Positions 18,123 through 29,117 of a stretch of 64,000 nucleotides of DNA are shown in pieces. This DNA is from Candidatus Humimicrobium oleiphilum (GTDB lineage Bacteria; Actinomycetota; Humimicrobiia; Humimicrobiales; Humimicrobiaceae): the NCBI GenBank assembly GCA_002304935.1, contig DBPS01000047.1, positions 10,134 through 74,133 of the forward strand, given 5' to 3'. The notes below the pieces were generated by a model. It worked only from the letters and a program-made list of their open reading frames with translations. It was not told where the DNA came from and did no database searches. The translations under genes were made by a program, and so were the position numbers. How positions within the stretch are numbered: the first letter of the stretch is position 1; every line of letters begins with the position of its first letter.

Positions 18123-19640
18123 ATGGCATCTAAAATATTTATTTTTGACACGACTCTTAGGGATGGAGAGCAGGCACCCGGCATACATCTGAACGTAAAG
18201 GAAAAACTTGAGATAGCTCATCAGCTGGCAAAGCTTAATGTTGACATTATAGAAGCAGGTTTCCCCATCTCTTCGCCAAGTGATTTTGAAGGGGTAAAAG
18301 CAGTTTCAAAAGCAATAAAGGACCGATCCATAGCAGCTCTTGCCCGTGCAAATTTCAAAGACATCGATGCTGCCGGAGAAGCTCTAAAAAATGCAGCAAA
18401 CCCTGTAATACATACTTTTATCTCTTCATCTGATATTCATCTTAAATATCAGTTAAACAAATCCAGGGAAGAAGTACTTGAAATAGCTGCCGCATCAGTA
18501 AAGAGATGCAAGAAATATACGGACCAGATAGAGTTTTCCGCAATGGATGCAACCAGAAGCGATAAGGAATACCTGGCGAAAATGTATGAGATTGCTATTA
18601 AGAACGGAGCAACTGTATTAAATGTTCCGGATACAGTAGGATACGCCCTTCCCCTGGAATATTCTGAGCTGATTGCTTACCTTATGAATAATGTAAAAGG
18701 GATTGAAGATGTAATTATCAGCGTGCATTGTCATAATGATCTGGGTCTTGCAGTTGCCAACTCCATACTGGCTTTAAATCATGGCGCAAGACAGATCGAA
18801 TGCTCTGTAAATGGCATAGGTGAAAGAGCTGGAAACGCAGCAATAGAAGAAGTTGCACTGATAATAGATACAAGAAAAAAGGATCTTGATGTCTATACAG
18901 ATATAAATATAAAAGAAATAGCAAAGACTTCAAGCCTTGTTGCTTCACTGACCGGGTATCTGATTGCCCCCAATAAAGCAATTATAGGCAAGAATGCATT
19001 TGCCCATGAGGCAGGAATCCACCAGGATGGCATGCTAAAAGACAGATCTACATATGAGATTTTAAAACCGGAGGACATTGGTCTTTCTGCATCAAAGCTT
19101 ATACTTGGCAAGCATTCAGGAAGACACGCATTTGCAAAAAGGCTGGAAGATCTGGGATTTATGTTAAGTGAAGCCGAGATAGAAAAATCTTTTGAAAGGT
19201 TTAAATTGCTGGCAGAGAAAAAAGGTGCAATCAGCGACAAGGACCTTAAAGCAATCGTACAAAATGAAATAAGAGAGACTTCAGAATATTTCAAACTTAA
19301 TTATTATAATATTCTAAGCGGTACAAATATAAAATCTACATCAACAGTAGGTATAGAAATAAATGGAAAACTGTTCGAGTCTTCGTACAATGGTGACGGA
19401 CCTGTCGATGCTTCTTTTAAGGCAATAGACCAGATTACAAAACTTAAAGCAAAACTTGTCGAATATGTAATAGAGGCAGTTACTGAAGGAAAAGATGCCA
19501 TAGGATCAGTAAAAATCATTGCAAGTGCCAACGGAGTAGAAGTAATGGGCAGAGGAATAAGCACTGACATTATTGAAGCCAGTATAAAAGCCTATGTTGA
19601 TGCAATGAACAGGATCATAGAAAAACAGGAAGTTGAATAA
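18123..19640 (+). CDS. leuA: 2-isopropylmalate synthase
   Basis: IFDTTLRDGEQAPG...HCHNDLGLAVANS..., with a C-terminal LeuA dimerisation and regulatory domain. Confidence 0.9.
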   Translation: MASKIFIFDTTLRDGEQAPGIHLNVKEKLEIAHQLAKLNVDIIEAGFPISSPSDFEGVKAVSKAIKDRSIAALARANFKDIDAAGEALKNAANPVIHTFISSSDIHLKYQLNKSREEVLEIAAASVKRCKKYTDQIEFSAMDATRSDKEYLAKMYEIAIKNGATVLNVPDTVGYALPLEYSELIAYLMNNVKGIEDVIISVHCHNDLGLAVANSILALNHGARQIECSVNGIGERAGNAAIEEVALIIDTRKKDLDVYTDINIKEIAKTSSLVASLTGYLIAPNKAIIGKNAFAHEAGIHQDGMLKDRSTYEILKPEDIGLSASKLILGKHSGRHAFAKRLEDLGFMLSEAEIEKSFERFKLLAEKKGAISDKDLKAIVQNEIRETSEYFKLNYYNILSGTNIKSTSTVGIEINGKLFESSYNGDGPVDASFKAIDQITKLKAKLVEYVIEAVTEGKDAIGSVKIIASANGVEVMGRGISTDIIEASIKAYVDAMNRIIEKQEVE

Positions 19641-19757
19641 ATAGTATATTAAAATATAATATCAAAATATTTATTGGTAATTATCTGTATATTTACATAA
19701 ATGAAAAAGATAATTTGATATTTGATTTATTTTTATTTTAGCAATGGAGAAAATTAA

Positions 19758-21032
19758 ATGAATAAAAATAAGAAGTCACAGACCGCAGCTCAGAAGATAC
19801 TTGCAAAACATTGCGGAAAAGAATATGTAGAAACAGGAGAAATAGTCAATGCAAATGTCGATCTTGTTCTTGGCAATGACATAACCATGCCACTTGCAAT
19901 CGAAGAATTTAAAAAAACTGGCGCAAAATCCGTATTTGATATTAATAAAATTGCGATTGTCCCTGATCATTTTACTCCTAATAAAGATATAAAATCAGCT
20001 CAGCAGGCAAAAAAAATACGGGAATTTGCAAAAGAGTATGATATTAAAAATTATTTTGAGATAGGATGTATGGGAATAGAACATGCCTTGATTCCTGAAA
20101 AAGGCCTTGTTCTTCCCGGGAATCTGATAATCGGTGCTGATTCACATACATGTACATATGGTGCATTGGGAGCACTTTCAACAGGCATGGGAAGTACAGA
20201 TATAGGCATGGCAATGGCAACAGGCAGGACATGGTTTATGGTCCCCGGAACTATAAAGTTTAACTTAAACGGTAACCTTAAACAATGGGTGACGGGAAAG
20301 GATATCATACTTTATATCATAGGGAAAATAGGTGTTGACGGGGCATTATACAAATCCATGGAATTTACAGGAACGACTATTGATTTAATATCAATGGATG
20401 AAAGATTTACAATAGCAAATATGGCTATTGAAGCTGGTGCAAAATTCGGATTTTTTAATGTTGATAAAAAAACAATAGATTTCATTGAAAAAACCGGGAA
20501 AGATAAAAAAATGTTTGAAGTTTATGCAAGTGATGAAAATGCTGAATATGATGAAATAATAAACATTGCAGCTGAAGAAATAGACCTGCTTGTGGCAGCT
20601 CCGCACCTGCCTTCTAATGTAAAGAAAGTCAAAGAACTTGGAAATATTAAAATCGACCAGGTTGTGATAGGTTCCTGTACCAATGGCAGAATTGAAGACC
20701 TGAGAATCGCAAACGATATTATTGCAGGTAAAAAAGTAAATTCTGAGGTAAGGACGATCATTATTCCTGCAACTCAGAAAATATACCTTGATGCTTTAAA
20801 GGCAGGATATATTGAAAATTTTATAAAAGCCGGATGTGTTGTCAGCACTCCTACATGTGGGCCCTGCCTTGGAGGGCATATGGGAATTTTGGCTGAAGGA
20901 GAAAAAGCAGTATCAACTACCAACAGGAATTTTGTAGGCAGAATGGGCCATCCTGAAAGCGAAGTTTATCTTGCCGGTCCGGCAGTTGCCGCCGCTTCAG
21001 CAATAACAGGCAGAATAAGTATTCCTGAATAA
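19758..21032 (+). CDS. leuC: 3-isopropylmalate dehydratase large subunit (short, archaeal/clostridial-type aconitase-family)
   Basis: 424 aa with Cys ligands (GSCTNGR, CGPCLG). Confidence 0.9.
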   Translation: MNKNKKSQTAAQKILAKHCGKEYVETGEIVNANVDLVLGNDITMPLAIEEFKKTGAKSVFDINKIAIVPDHFTPNKDIKSAQQAKKIREFAKEYDIKNYFEIGCMGIEHALIPEKGLVLPGNLIIGADSHTCTYGALGALSTGMGSTDIGMAMATGRTWFMVPGTIKFNLNGNLKQWVTGKDIILYIIGKIGVDGALYKSMEFTGTTIDLISMDERFTIANMAIEAGAKFGFFNVDKKTIDFIEKTGKDKKMFEVYASDENAEYDEIINIAAEEIDLLVAAPHLPSNVKKVKELGNIKIDQVVIGSCTNGRIEDLRIANDIIAGKKVNSEVRTIIIPATQKIYLDALKAGYIENFIKAGCVVSTPTCGPCLGGHMGILAEGEKAVSTTNRNFVGRMGHPESEVYLAGPAVAAASAITGRISIPE

Positions 21033-21046
21033 TTTTATATGTAATT

Positions 21047-21568
21047 TTGGAACTTCAAGGAGGAAATTTGATAATAAAAGATAAAGCAATAAAATATGGC
21101 AGCAATGTAGATACAGATGTAATAATACCTGCAAGGTATCTGAACACCATTAACGAAAAAGAACTGGCTGCACATTGTTTTGAAGATCTGGATAAGGAAT
21201 TTGCAGAAAAAGTAAAAGAAAGCAAAATAGTGGTAGCGGCTGATAATTTCGGTTGTGGCTCATCAAGAGAACATGCGCCTCTTGCAATAAAAGCGAGCGG
21301 TGTAAAGTTAATCATAGCCAAATCATATGCAAGGATCTTTTTTAGAAATGCAATCAATATCGGTTTGCCCGTAATAGTAAATGAGCAGGCAGCAGATGAT
21401 ATCAGTGAAGGAGATACCATAGAAGCGGATCTTGACAAAGGAGAGATAAAGAATATCTCGACCGGCATGGTTTATTTAACAAAACCATTCCCGGAATTCA
21501 TTCAGACGCTGATATCAAAAGGCGGATATGTAAATTATGTTAAAGATAAATTTGATAAGGAGAACTGA
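21047..21568 (+). CDS. leuD: 3-isopropylmalate dehydratase small subunit
   Basis: 173 aa aconitase swivel domain with FGCGSSREHAP. Confidence 0.9.
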   Translation: MELQGGNLIIKDKAIKYGSNVDTDVIIPARYLNTINEKELAAHCFEDLDKEFAEKVKESKIVVAADNFGCGSSREHAPLAIKASGVKLIIAKSYARIFFRNAINIGLPVIVNEQAADDISEGDTIEADLDKGEIKNISTGMVYLTKPFPEFIQTLISKGGYVNYVKDKFDKEN

Positions 21569-22647
21569 TGAAAAAGATAATGGTTTTGCCAGGAGATGGT
21601 ATCGGACCCGAAATAGTCGATGAAGCACTCAAGATAATTGATTTTTTTATTGAAGAATCGAATCTTGATATAAGGTATGAATTCGGGGATATAGGAGGCA
21701 TTGCGATTGACAAGTATGGCATACCATTGAAAGACGAGACTCTTGAGATGTGTAAAAATTCAGATGCGGTTCTTCTTGGTGCAGTGGGCGGGCCGAAGTG
21801 GGAGACAACCGAACCGGGAAAGCCCAGGCCAGAGGATGCTCTCCTGAAAGTAAGAAAAGAGATGTCGCTTTTTGCAAATTTGAGACCTGTCAGGATATAC
21901 AAGCCTTTGATTGACTCTTCAACTTTAAAAAGGGAAGTCATCGAAGGTGTCGATATCCTTGTAGTGAGAGAACTTACGGGAGGCATTTATTTTGGCAAAA
22001 GAGAAAGAGTAGTTTCGAATGAAGATATATTTGCATATGATACCGAGCTTTATCACCTGTATGAAATAGAGAGAATTGTAAAACTTGCTTTTGAAACAGC
22101 AAGGCTGAGGAGAAAAAAAGTAACATCAGTTGATAAAGCCAATATACTTGAAAGTTCAAGGCTCTGGCGTGAAACAGTTATGCGTATTCATAAAGATTAT
22201 AGCGATATTGAATTAAATCATATGTATGTGGACAATACATCAATGCAGCTTATCAGGAATCCCAAGCAGTTTGACGTAATAGTTACTTCGAATTTGTTTG
22301 GTGATATTTTAAGTGACGAGACTGCCATGATATCAGGTTCGATAGGACTTCTTCCAAGTGCTTCACTCGGTGAGAACAATTCAGGAATGTATGAACCTAT
22401 TCATGGAAGTGCACCTGATATCCAGGGAACAGGGAAAGCCAATCCTATTGCCCAGATTCTTTCTCTTGCCATGCTTTTCAGATATAGTTTAGGATTAAAA
22501 AGAGAAGCAGGCAGAATAGAAGCTGCCGTAAATCAGGTTCTTGAGAAAGGTTACAGGACTCCCGATATCAATACAGAAAACGGAAAGCTGATAAACACAA
22601 AAGAGATGGGAAACCTCATACTGGAAGCTGCCAGTGATTTGAAATGA
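21568..22647 (+). CDS. leuB: 3-isopropylmalate dehydrogenase
   Basis: 359 aa with LFGDILSDE, GSAPDI...G and the isocitrate/isopropylmalate dehydrogenase fold. Its start overlaps the leuD stop (TGATG). Confidence 0.92.
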   Translation: MKKIMVLPGDGIGPEIVDEALKIIDFFIEESNLDIRYEFGDIGGIAIDKYGIPLKDETLEMCKNSDAVLLGAVGGPKWETTEPGKPRPEDALLKVRKEMSLFANLRPVRIYKPLIDSSTLKREVIEGVDILVVRELTGGIYFGKRERVVSNEDIFAYDTELYHLYEIERIVKLAFETARLRRKKVTSVDKANILESSRLWRETVMRIHKDYSDIELNHMYVDNTSMQLIRNPKQFDVIVTSNLFGDILSDETAMISGSIGLLPSASLGENNSGMYEPIHGSAPDIQGTGKANPIAQILSLAMLFRYSLGLKREAGRIEAAVNQVLEKGYRTPDINTENGKLINTKEMGNLILEAASDLK

Positions 22648-22683
22648 TTCGATGGAATTAAAAAATAGATTCAGGGGAATATA

Positions 22684-24255
22684 ATGCCAAATAAAATTTT
22701 TATTTTTGACACAACATTAAGAGACGGTTCTCAGGGCGAGAATATTTCTTTTTCAGTCAAGGACAAACTCCGGATAATTGAGAAATTCAATGATGTCGGT
22801 ATTGATTATATAGAAGTCGGTTTTCCTGCATCTAATCCAAAAGATATTGAAATTTTTGATATCTTAAAAACAAAGAAGTTCTCAAATTCAAAAATTGTTG
22901 CTTTTGGAAGAACCAAATATAAAGATACTTTAGTACAGGATGATGATAATATAAATACACTGATTGATTGCGGTGCTGATGTCATCTGTATTTTTGGGAA
23001 ATCTTCTGCTTTTCACGCGGAGAAAATAATCGAAACTTCTCTCGAAAACAACCTTGAAATGATTTTTGAATCAGTATCATACCTGAAAAAGAATTCTCCG
23101 GAGACAATCTTTGACGGAGAGCATTTTTTTGATGGCTTTAAAGAAAACCCTGAATATGCAATAAAAACATTAAAAGCTGCAGAAGACGGTGGGGCTGATT
23201 TTATTGTTCTTTGTGACACAAACGGAGGTACCTTACCGTCAGATATGTCAAGAATAGTCGAAATAGTGAAGAAAGAGATAATGATACCTATAGGCATTCA
23301 TGTTCATAATGATTGCGGTTGTGCAGTAGCCAATTCAATAATTGCAGTCAATAAGGGAGCAGTCATGGTACAGGGAACAATAAATGGTTATGGAGAGAGG
23401 ACCGGAAATGCTGACCTCTGCCAGATAATACCTAATCTTGAAATCAAAATGAAACTTAAATGCCTGCAGGATGGCAAACTTAAAGATCTTACAAGCCTGT
23501 CAAGGTTTATTGCAGAAATTGCGAATCAGATACCCGCAAATCATCAGCCTTTTGTCGGAAGCAGCTCATTTGCACATAAAGCCGGTATGCATGTAAGCGG
23601 AGTAAGCAAATACTCGACAGCTTTTGAACATGTACCTCCGGAGATGATAGGTAATTCCAGGAGGATACTGATAAGTGAGCTTTCGGGTAAAAAATCGATA
23701 ATCCTTAAGGCAAAAGAATTTGGTATGGATCTGGAAAATGAGCCAAAAACAGTAAATGAGATTCTTGAAAGAATACTTTCTCTTGAGCATGAGGGATATC
23801 AGTTTGAAGCAGCTGATGCAAGTTTTGAGCTTCTTGTAAGGGATATTACCAGAACAAAAAAGAAATATTTCAAGCTGGAAAGTTTCAGGATATTAAACGA
23901 AAAAAAGGAAAACGGAGAAGTGCTCTCAGAAGCAACAGTAAAGATACATGTAAATTCAAACAGGATAATTGAAACAGCAGAGGGAGTAGGACCTGTAAAT
24001 GCTCTTGACAAAGCATTAAGAAAAGCACTTACAACATTTTATCCCGGCCTTGAAAAAATCATACTTACTGATTTTAAGGTAAGAGTCCTTGATGAGAAAA
24101 AAGGCACCGGTGCAATTGTAAGAGTTTTCATTGAATCCACTGATGGAGAAAAAAGCTGGGGCACCATAGGTGTATCAGAAAACATAATCGAAGCAAGCTG
24201 GGAAGCTCTAGCAGATAGTATAGTTTATGGATTGAATCATATAGAAAAAGCATAG
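22684..24255 (+). CDS. cimA: (R)-citramalate synthase (LeuA-family clade with a C-terminal regulatory domain)
   Basis: IFDTTLRDGSQGENISFSVKDKLRII...YIEVGFPASNPKD resembles the CimA clade rather than bacterial LeuA. It is the last gene of the ilv-leu operon. Confidence 0.75.
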   Translation: MPNKIFIFDTTLRDGSQGENISFSVKDKLRIIEKFNDVGIDYIEVGFPASNPKDIEIFDILKTKKFSNSKIVAFGRTKYKDTLVQDDDNINTLIDCGADVICIFGKSSAFHAEKIIETSLENNLEMIFESVSYLKKNSPETIFDGEHFFDGFKENPEYAIKTLKAAEDGGADFIVLCDTNGGTLPSDMSRIVEIVKKEIMIPIGIHVHNDCGCAVANSIIAVNKGAVMVQGTINGYGERTGNADLCQIIPNLEIKMKLKCLQDGKLKDLTSLSRFIAEIANQIPANHQPFVGSSSFAHKAGMHVSGVSKYSTAFEHVPPEMIGNSRRILISELSGKKSIILKAKEFGMDLENEPKTVNEILERILSLEHEGYQFEAADASFELLVRDITRTKKKYFKLESFRILNEKKENGEVLSEATVKIHVNSNRIIETAEGVGPVNALDKALRKALTTFYPGLEKIILTDFKVRVLDEKKGTGAIVRVFIESTDGEKSWGTIGVSENIIEASWEALADSIVYGLNHIEKA

Positions 24256-24352
24256 ATAATGCTTTTCTTTTTCTATAAAATTTTTAATAATCATAATTTG
24301 ATATTTTATTATTTTTTTTAATATCATTTGTTACAAGAATTAGGAGAGAAAA

Positions 24353-26491
24353 ATGTCAGGTATGATAGTCTTGAGAATTGTGCCTTTTATCGGTGCTTTT
24401 ATTGCCTTAATTCTTGCAGTTGTTTTCACAAAACTTGTAAACAAGAAAAATCGTGGAAATAAAAGAATGCAGGAAATATCAGATGCAATTTACATAGGAA
24501 GCCGGGCTTACCTTAATCAGCAGGCAAGAATAATGATAATATTTTTTATTGTCATTGAAGTTTTGTTTTTTATAATGGTTAAATTCGGATTCCTGGAATA
24601 TCCTTCTTTGCTTGCTTTTGCTACCGGAGGCGGTTTCAGTATAATGATCGGTTATATAGCAATGTGGATTTCAACAAGGACAAACTCCAGAGTTACCCAG
24701 GCTGCAAAAGAGAAGGGTCTTGGTGAAGCAATGAATATAGCTTTTACTGCAGCTTCAGCATCAGGTCTTATCCTCGGAGTAGTTGCACTATTTGATACTG
24801 CATTATGGTTCAATGTATTGTTCTGGTGGTATGGAAGAAGCGGTAGCGATCTTGCAGTAAATCTTGACCATGTCGTAAACATTCTTGTTACTTTTACAAT
24901 AGGTGCAAGTTTTGCAGCGTTTTTTATGAGAACCGGCGGAGGCATATTTACAAAAGCGGCCGATATGGGTGCTGATTATGTGGGCAAAGTGGAGTCAGGT
25001 TTAAGGGAAGATGATTACAGGAATCCAGCAACAATAGCTGACAATGTCGGTGATAACGTCGGTGATGTAGGAGGTATGAATGCAGACTCTCTTGAATCAT
25101 GGGTCGGTGCGATAATCTCTGCCGAATTTCTTGGATTTCTTGCATTTAAAGATTCACCGATGTTATTAAAAAGCATATTGCTTCCCATGCTTATTTCAAC
25201 AGCAGGTGTATTTGCTTCAATAGTTGCAATATTCATAATAAAAGGAACAGTATCAAGATATAAGCAAAATGCGACAGTCAGCAAACTTACCAGCACCACA
25301 CTGTCAGGTCTGTTTATAACCTCTTTATTGGTTATATTATTTTCATTCTTTTTAACCTGGTACATAATGGGTGCAGGATATATGTATATATTTTATGCAT
25401 CTATAGGCGGACTTCTTGCAGGATTTCTGATAGGTCTTTTCACATTATTATATACTGACGCCAAATTCCGACCCACTAGGAACATAGCGGAGAGTGCAAA
25501 AAGCGGTCCTGCGACTCTTGTTGTAAACGGGCTAGCTTACGGTATGGAAAGTACTGTTCTTCCTGCATTTATAGTAATAATTTCCATGGTATTCAGTTTT
25601 TATATTTCAGGAGGTTCGTCAAATGTCCAGATGGGGCTTTATGGCGTTTCAGTAGCAGCAGTTGCAATGCTTTCAGTTTCTCCATTTGCCATAGCAATAG
25701 ATGTCTATGGTCCGATTGCTGACAATGCAGGAGGAATCGCAGAAATGGCCGAACTTGATCCTGAAGTAAGAAAAACAACAGACAAGCTTGATGCGGTAGG
25801 CAATACAACAGCTGCCATAGGAAAAGGCATACTTATAGGCAGCGCTGCCATAACTGCAATCGCACTCGGCCAGGCTTATTTTTCAAAGATAGGCCTGCTT
25901 ACTGAAAAGATGGGCCTGAGTGTGATTATTGATTTCATGAAAGATCCGAAGATCCTTGCAGGTCTGTTTGTAGGCGTTATAATTCCATTTTTATTCACAT
26001 CGCTACTTATAGGTTCGGTAGGCAAGGCTGCCAATAAGGTCGTAATAGAAGCCAGAAAGCAGATAAAAGATATGATGGCAGGAAAATCCAAGGGTGATCC
26101 CAAGACTTTCATAACAATAGTAACCCGGGCTGCACAGAGAGGCATAATAATCCCCGGAATTCTCATATTTGCAATACCTGTTGTAGTTGGTCTTCTACTT
26201 GGTCCCGGTGGGGTGGTTGCTCTTATCATGGGTACCCTTCTTTCCGGTTTTGCACTGGCTATATTTATGGCAAATTCAGGAGGAGCTCTTGATAATGCCA
26301 AGAAGAAAATAGAGGAAGAAGGCGGGAGCGGGACTCCGGAGCATTCGGCATCTGTTGTGGGTGATACAGTCGGAGATCCTTTAAAAGACACTGCCGGCCC
26401 TTCAATGAACATACTTATAAAACTTATAAGTGTAGTATCGATTGAAACAGCCGTTCTGGTTGTTACCCTGTATGGAAAATTATTCCATTAA
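24353..26491 (+). CDS. hppA: Membrane-bound K+-stimulated pyrophosphate-energised H+/Na+ pump
   Basis: 712 aa with about 16 TM helices. Carries the DNVGDNVGD and GNTTAA motifs. The Ala at the K+-determinant position predicts the K+-dependent subtype. Confidence 0.93.
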   Translation: MSGMIVLRIVPFIGAFIALILAVVFTKLVNKKNRGNKRMQEISDAIYIGSRAYLNQQARIMIIFFIVIEVLFFIMVKFGFLEYPSLLAFATGGGFSIMIGYIAMWISTRTNSRVTQAAKEKGLGEAMNIAFTAASASGLILGVVALFDTALWFNVLFWWYGRSGSDLAVNLDHVVNILVTFTIGASFAAFFMRTGGGIFTKAADMGADYVGKVESGLREDDYRNPATIADNVGDNVGDVGGMNADSLESWVGAIISAEFLGFLAFKDSPMLLKSILLPMLISTAGVFASIVAIFIIKGTVSRYKQNATVSKLTSTTLSGLFITSLLVILFSFFLTWYIMGAGYMYIFYASIGGLLAGFLIGLFTLLYTDAKFRPTRNIAESAKSGPATLVVNGLAYGMESTVLPAFIVIISMVFSFYISGGSSNVQMGLYGVSVAAVAMLSVSPFAIAIDVYGPIADNAGGIAEMAELDPEVRKTTDKLDAVGNTTAAIGKGILIGSAAITAIALGQAYFSKIGLLTEKMGLSVIIDFMKDPKILAGLFVGVIIPFLFTSLLIGSVGKAANKVVIEARKQIKDMMAGKSKGDPKTFITIVTRAAQRGIIIPGILIFAIPVVVGLLLGPGGVVALIMGTLLSGFALAIFMANSGGALDNAKKKIEEEGGSGTPEHSASVVGDTVGDPLKDTAGPSMNILIKLISVVSIETAVLVVTLYGKLFH

Positions 26492-26514
26492 ATAAAAATT
26501 TAATTTTAAAAAAA

Positions 26515-26560
26515 TAAAAGGGAAATTATTATTGCCTAGGTTTTAATAATTTCCCTTTTG
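26515..26560 (+). terminator. Intrinsic terminator after hppA (15-bp perfect inverted repeat). It overlaps the upstream edge of the larB promoter
   Basis: aaagggaaattatta-N13-taataatttcccttt followed by TTTTG. Confidence 0.75.
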
Positions 26561-26567
26561 ATATAAT
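26559..26567 (+). promoter_or_regulatory. TG-extended -10 (TGaTATAAT) only 8 nt upstream of the larB ATG. Predicts a leaderless or near-leaderless larB mRNA
   Basis: TGATATAAT at 26559-26567, ATG at 26576, and no Shine-Dalgarno between them. Confidence 0.45.
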
Positions 26568-26575
26568 ATTTTGTT

Positions 26576-27343
26576 ATGGAAAATGAAATAGGGAAAATTT
26601 TAGACAAACTACTTGATAATTTCCAGAATAAGGAAATAACCAAAAAAGAACTCACAAAAAAAATCAGTGAGATGTACTTTGAGGACATCGGTTATGCCAA
26701 AATAGATCACCACCGCAAATTAAGGAGAGGTTTTCCGGAAGTAATTTTTGGCGCTAACAAATCCAGGCAGCAGACAGTAGAGATTGCCAAGAGCATACTT
26801 AAATATTCAGACAAGCTTTTAATCACTAAAACAAACAAAGAATGCTATATTGATCTGAAAAAAGAATTCCCCGGCATCAGCTATGATGAGTTATCGCAAT
26901 GTATTTATCTTATACCTGCAGAGCATGACAGCAGATTGAAAGAGGGCATAGTTGTTATATGTGCCGGCACATCGGACATCCCTATTGCAGAAGAAGCTTG
27001 CTTAAGCGCATATATGATGGAGAACAATATAAAGAAAATATATGATGTCGGCGTGGCAGGGCTGCACCGACTACTGAGTTTTAAAAATGAAATCCTTGAA
27101 GCCAGGGTAATAATCGCAGTCGCAGGCATGGAAGGAGCTCTTCCGGGAATAGTAAGTTCTATTTCCAGATGTCCTGTTATCGGTGTACCGACAAGCATAG
27201 GATATGGAACAGGCTTTAAAGGCATTTCAGCACTTCTTACAATGTTAAATTCATGCAGCCCAGGGCTTAGTGTGGTAAATATTGACAATGGTTTTGGTGC
27301 GGGATATCTGGCCGGTCTTATAAACATGCGAAGCAGCAAATAA
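26576..27343 (+). CDS. larB: PurE-like nickel-pincer cofactor biosynthesis protein LarB (COG1691)
   Basis: 255 aa. An N-terminal extra domain plus a PurE-like core (VVICAGTSDIP...VAGMEGALPGIV). Confidence 0.7.
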   Translation: MENEIGKILDKLLDNFQNKEITKKELTKKISEMYFEDIGYAKIDHHRKLRRGFPEVIFGANKSRQQTVEIAKSILKYSDKLLITKTNKECYIDLKKEFPGISYDELSQCIYLIPAEHDSRLKEGIVVICAGTSDIPIAEEACLSAYMMENNIKKIYDVGVAGLHRLLSFKNEILEARVIIAVAGMEGALPGIVSSISRCPVIGVPTSIGYGTGFKGISALLTMLNSCSPGLSVVNIDNGFGAGYLAGLINMRSSK

Positions 27344-27425
27344 TAATATCGCATTAATAATTTTATTAAAAATTTATTTTCATTATAATAAAAAATAATA
27401 AAAATCTTTGTACTGGTTATGGTAT

Positions 27426-29117
27426 ATGACGGAAGAAGAATTAGATAATAGCAAAATTAAAATAGGCGAACTTCTTGTAAGGAATAATCTTATAACCCAG
27501 TCACAGCTTCAGGAAGCACTTGAGATGCAGAAGAAGACCGGAAAGAAGATCGGAGAAATACTTATTGAAGAAAACTATGTTTCCGAATATGAATTTAAAA
27601 ATTTTCTTTCACTTCAAAAGGGATACAGACAAATAAATCTATCAAAAATAAGTAATGAGATAGAGGTAAGTGCCTCCAACCTGATTTCAAAAGATTACGC
27701 TTTAAAAATGAAAGTTTTTCCATTCAAATTTGAAAACGATATGCTTGCTGTTGCGACCCTTGATCCCCTTGATATTTATTTAAATGATGAGCTGAGAATG
27801 CTTACAGGTTATGAAGTGGAACCATATATATCGACAAGCAAGGACATAGAGGTTGCCATAAGGACTTATATGTCTGATGAATACAGCCTGAAGGAAGTAG
27901 AGGAGATTACAAAGGATCTGGATTTTTCGATAGAAGATGATCTGAATGAGGATATAGATCTGCAGAAAAACCCTCTTATAAGACTTGCTAACCAGATAAT
28001 CCTTAAGGCTATAACCATGAGAGCAAGCGATATTCATGTAGAACCCCAGGAAAAATACTGCATCATAAGATTTAGAATAGACGGGATATTACAGGTAATC
28101 AGGGAAGTCCCCAAGACGGTGCAGAGACTTCTTATTTCAAGATATAAAATAATGTCCGGCATGGATATAACAGAGACAAGACTACCTCAGGATGGAAGAA
28201 GTTCATTTAATTATCATAACAGATTCATTGATCTGAGATTTGCCAGCCTTCCATCTGTTTTTGGCGAAAATATATCAATAAGGATTTTAAACAGAGAAGA
28301 AAGCATATTCGATTTACAGAATCTGGGAATGCCTCAGAGAGAAATGGATATATATGAAAAGGTTATAAAACAACCTTATGGATCAATAATAATAACCGGT
28401 CCGACAGGCTCCGGTAAGACCTCTACCCTCTATGCCAGCCTTACGCAGATATCTTCACCTGAAAAGAAAATTTACACTGTAGAAGATCCTGTTGAATATA
28501 AATTTCCACAAATAATGCAGGTTCAGGTCAATCAGAAAATAGGTATGAATTTTGCTGCAGGGCTTAGGGCAATGATGCGAAGCGATCCGGATATTATAAT
28601 GATAGGCGAGATAAGAGATTATGAAACTGCCAAAATTGCCGTTGAAGCATCAATTACAGGGCATCTTGTCCTGACCACTCTTCATACAAATGATGCGCCA
28701 TCAAGTGTGGCGAGGTTATTTGAAATGGGAATAGAGCCTTATATGATTGCTTCAGCTTTAAGGTGTGTGGTTGCCCAGAGGCTTCTTAGAAGATTATGCC
28801 CTGCATGTAAAAAAGAAATGGATTTGTCAAATATTGTAATATCAGATGAGGTATTTTCTCTTTTAAAAGACAAAAAGATTTATGGGAAGGCCGGATGTAA
28901 CCAGTGTAATAATACAGGTTATCTCGGAAGAGTAGGTATTTTTTCAGTAATGCTTGTGACTCCTACAATAAGGAAGATGATACTTGATAAATCCGGAACC
29001 GATGCTATTGAAAATCAGGCCAGGCAGGATGGCATGAAAACCCTTCTTGAGTCAGCTGCAGAAAAAGTCGCAGATGGAATTACCTCCCTTGAGGAAATGT
29101 ACAGGGTGGTTTTTTAA
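27426..29117 (+). CDS. GspE/PilB-family secretion ATPase with an N-terminal MshEN/GSPII_E_N domain
   Basis: Walker A GPTGSGKTS, the Asp box, Walker B and His box, and the tetracysteine CPAC...CNQC. The start is ATG 27426 (the ORF track gives TTG 27408). Confidence 0.85.
   Translation: MTEEELDNSKIKIGELLVRNNLITQSQLQEALEMQKKTGKKIGEILIEENYVSEYEFKNFLSLQKGYRQINLSKISNEIEVSASNLISKDYALKMKVFPFKFENDMLAVATLDPLDIYLNDELRMLTGYEVEPYISTSKDIEVAIRTYMSDEYSLKEVEEITKDLDFSIEDDLNEDIDLQKNPLIRLANQIILKAITMRASDIHVEPQEKYCIIRFRIDGILQVIREVPKTVQRLLISRYKIMSGMDITETRLPQDGRSSFNYHNRFIDLRFASLPSVFGENISIRILNREESIFDLQNLGMPQREMDIYEKVIKQPYGSIIITGPTGSGKTSTLYASLTQISSPEKKIYTVEDPVEYKFPQIMQVQVNQKIGMNFAAGLRAMMRSDPDIIMIGEIRDYETAKIAVEASITGHLVLTTLHTNDAPSSVARLFEMGIEPYMIASALRCVVAQRLLRRLCPACKKEMDLSNIVISDEVFSLLKDKKIYGKAGCNQCNNTGYLGRVGIFSVMLVTPTIRKMILDKSGTDAIENQARQDGMKTLLESAAEKVADGITSLEEMYRVVF

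Noticed and set aside
24652-26412. Several antisense ORFs of 65-178 aa inside hppA (and similar antisense ORFs inside ilv, leu, uvr and pol genes listed in the ORF track)
   Set aside because: They lie fully within strongly supported genes on the opposite strand. They have low-complexity, Ser/Pro/Arg-rich translations typical of antisense reading of coding sequence, and no RBS.
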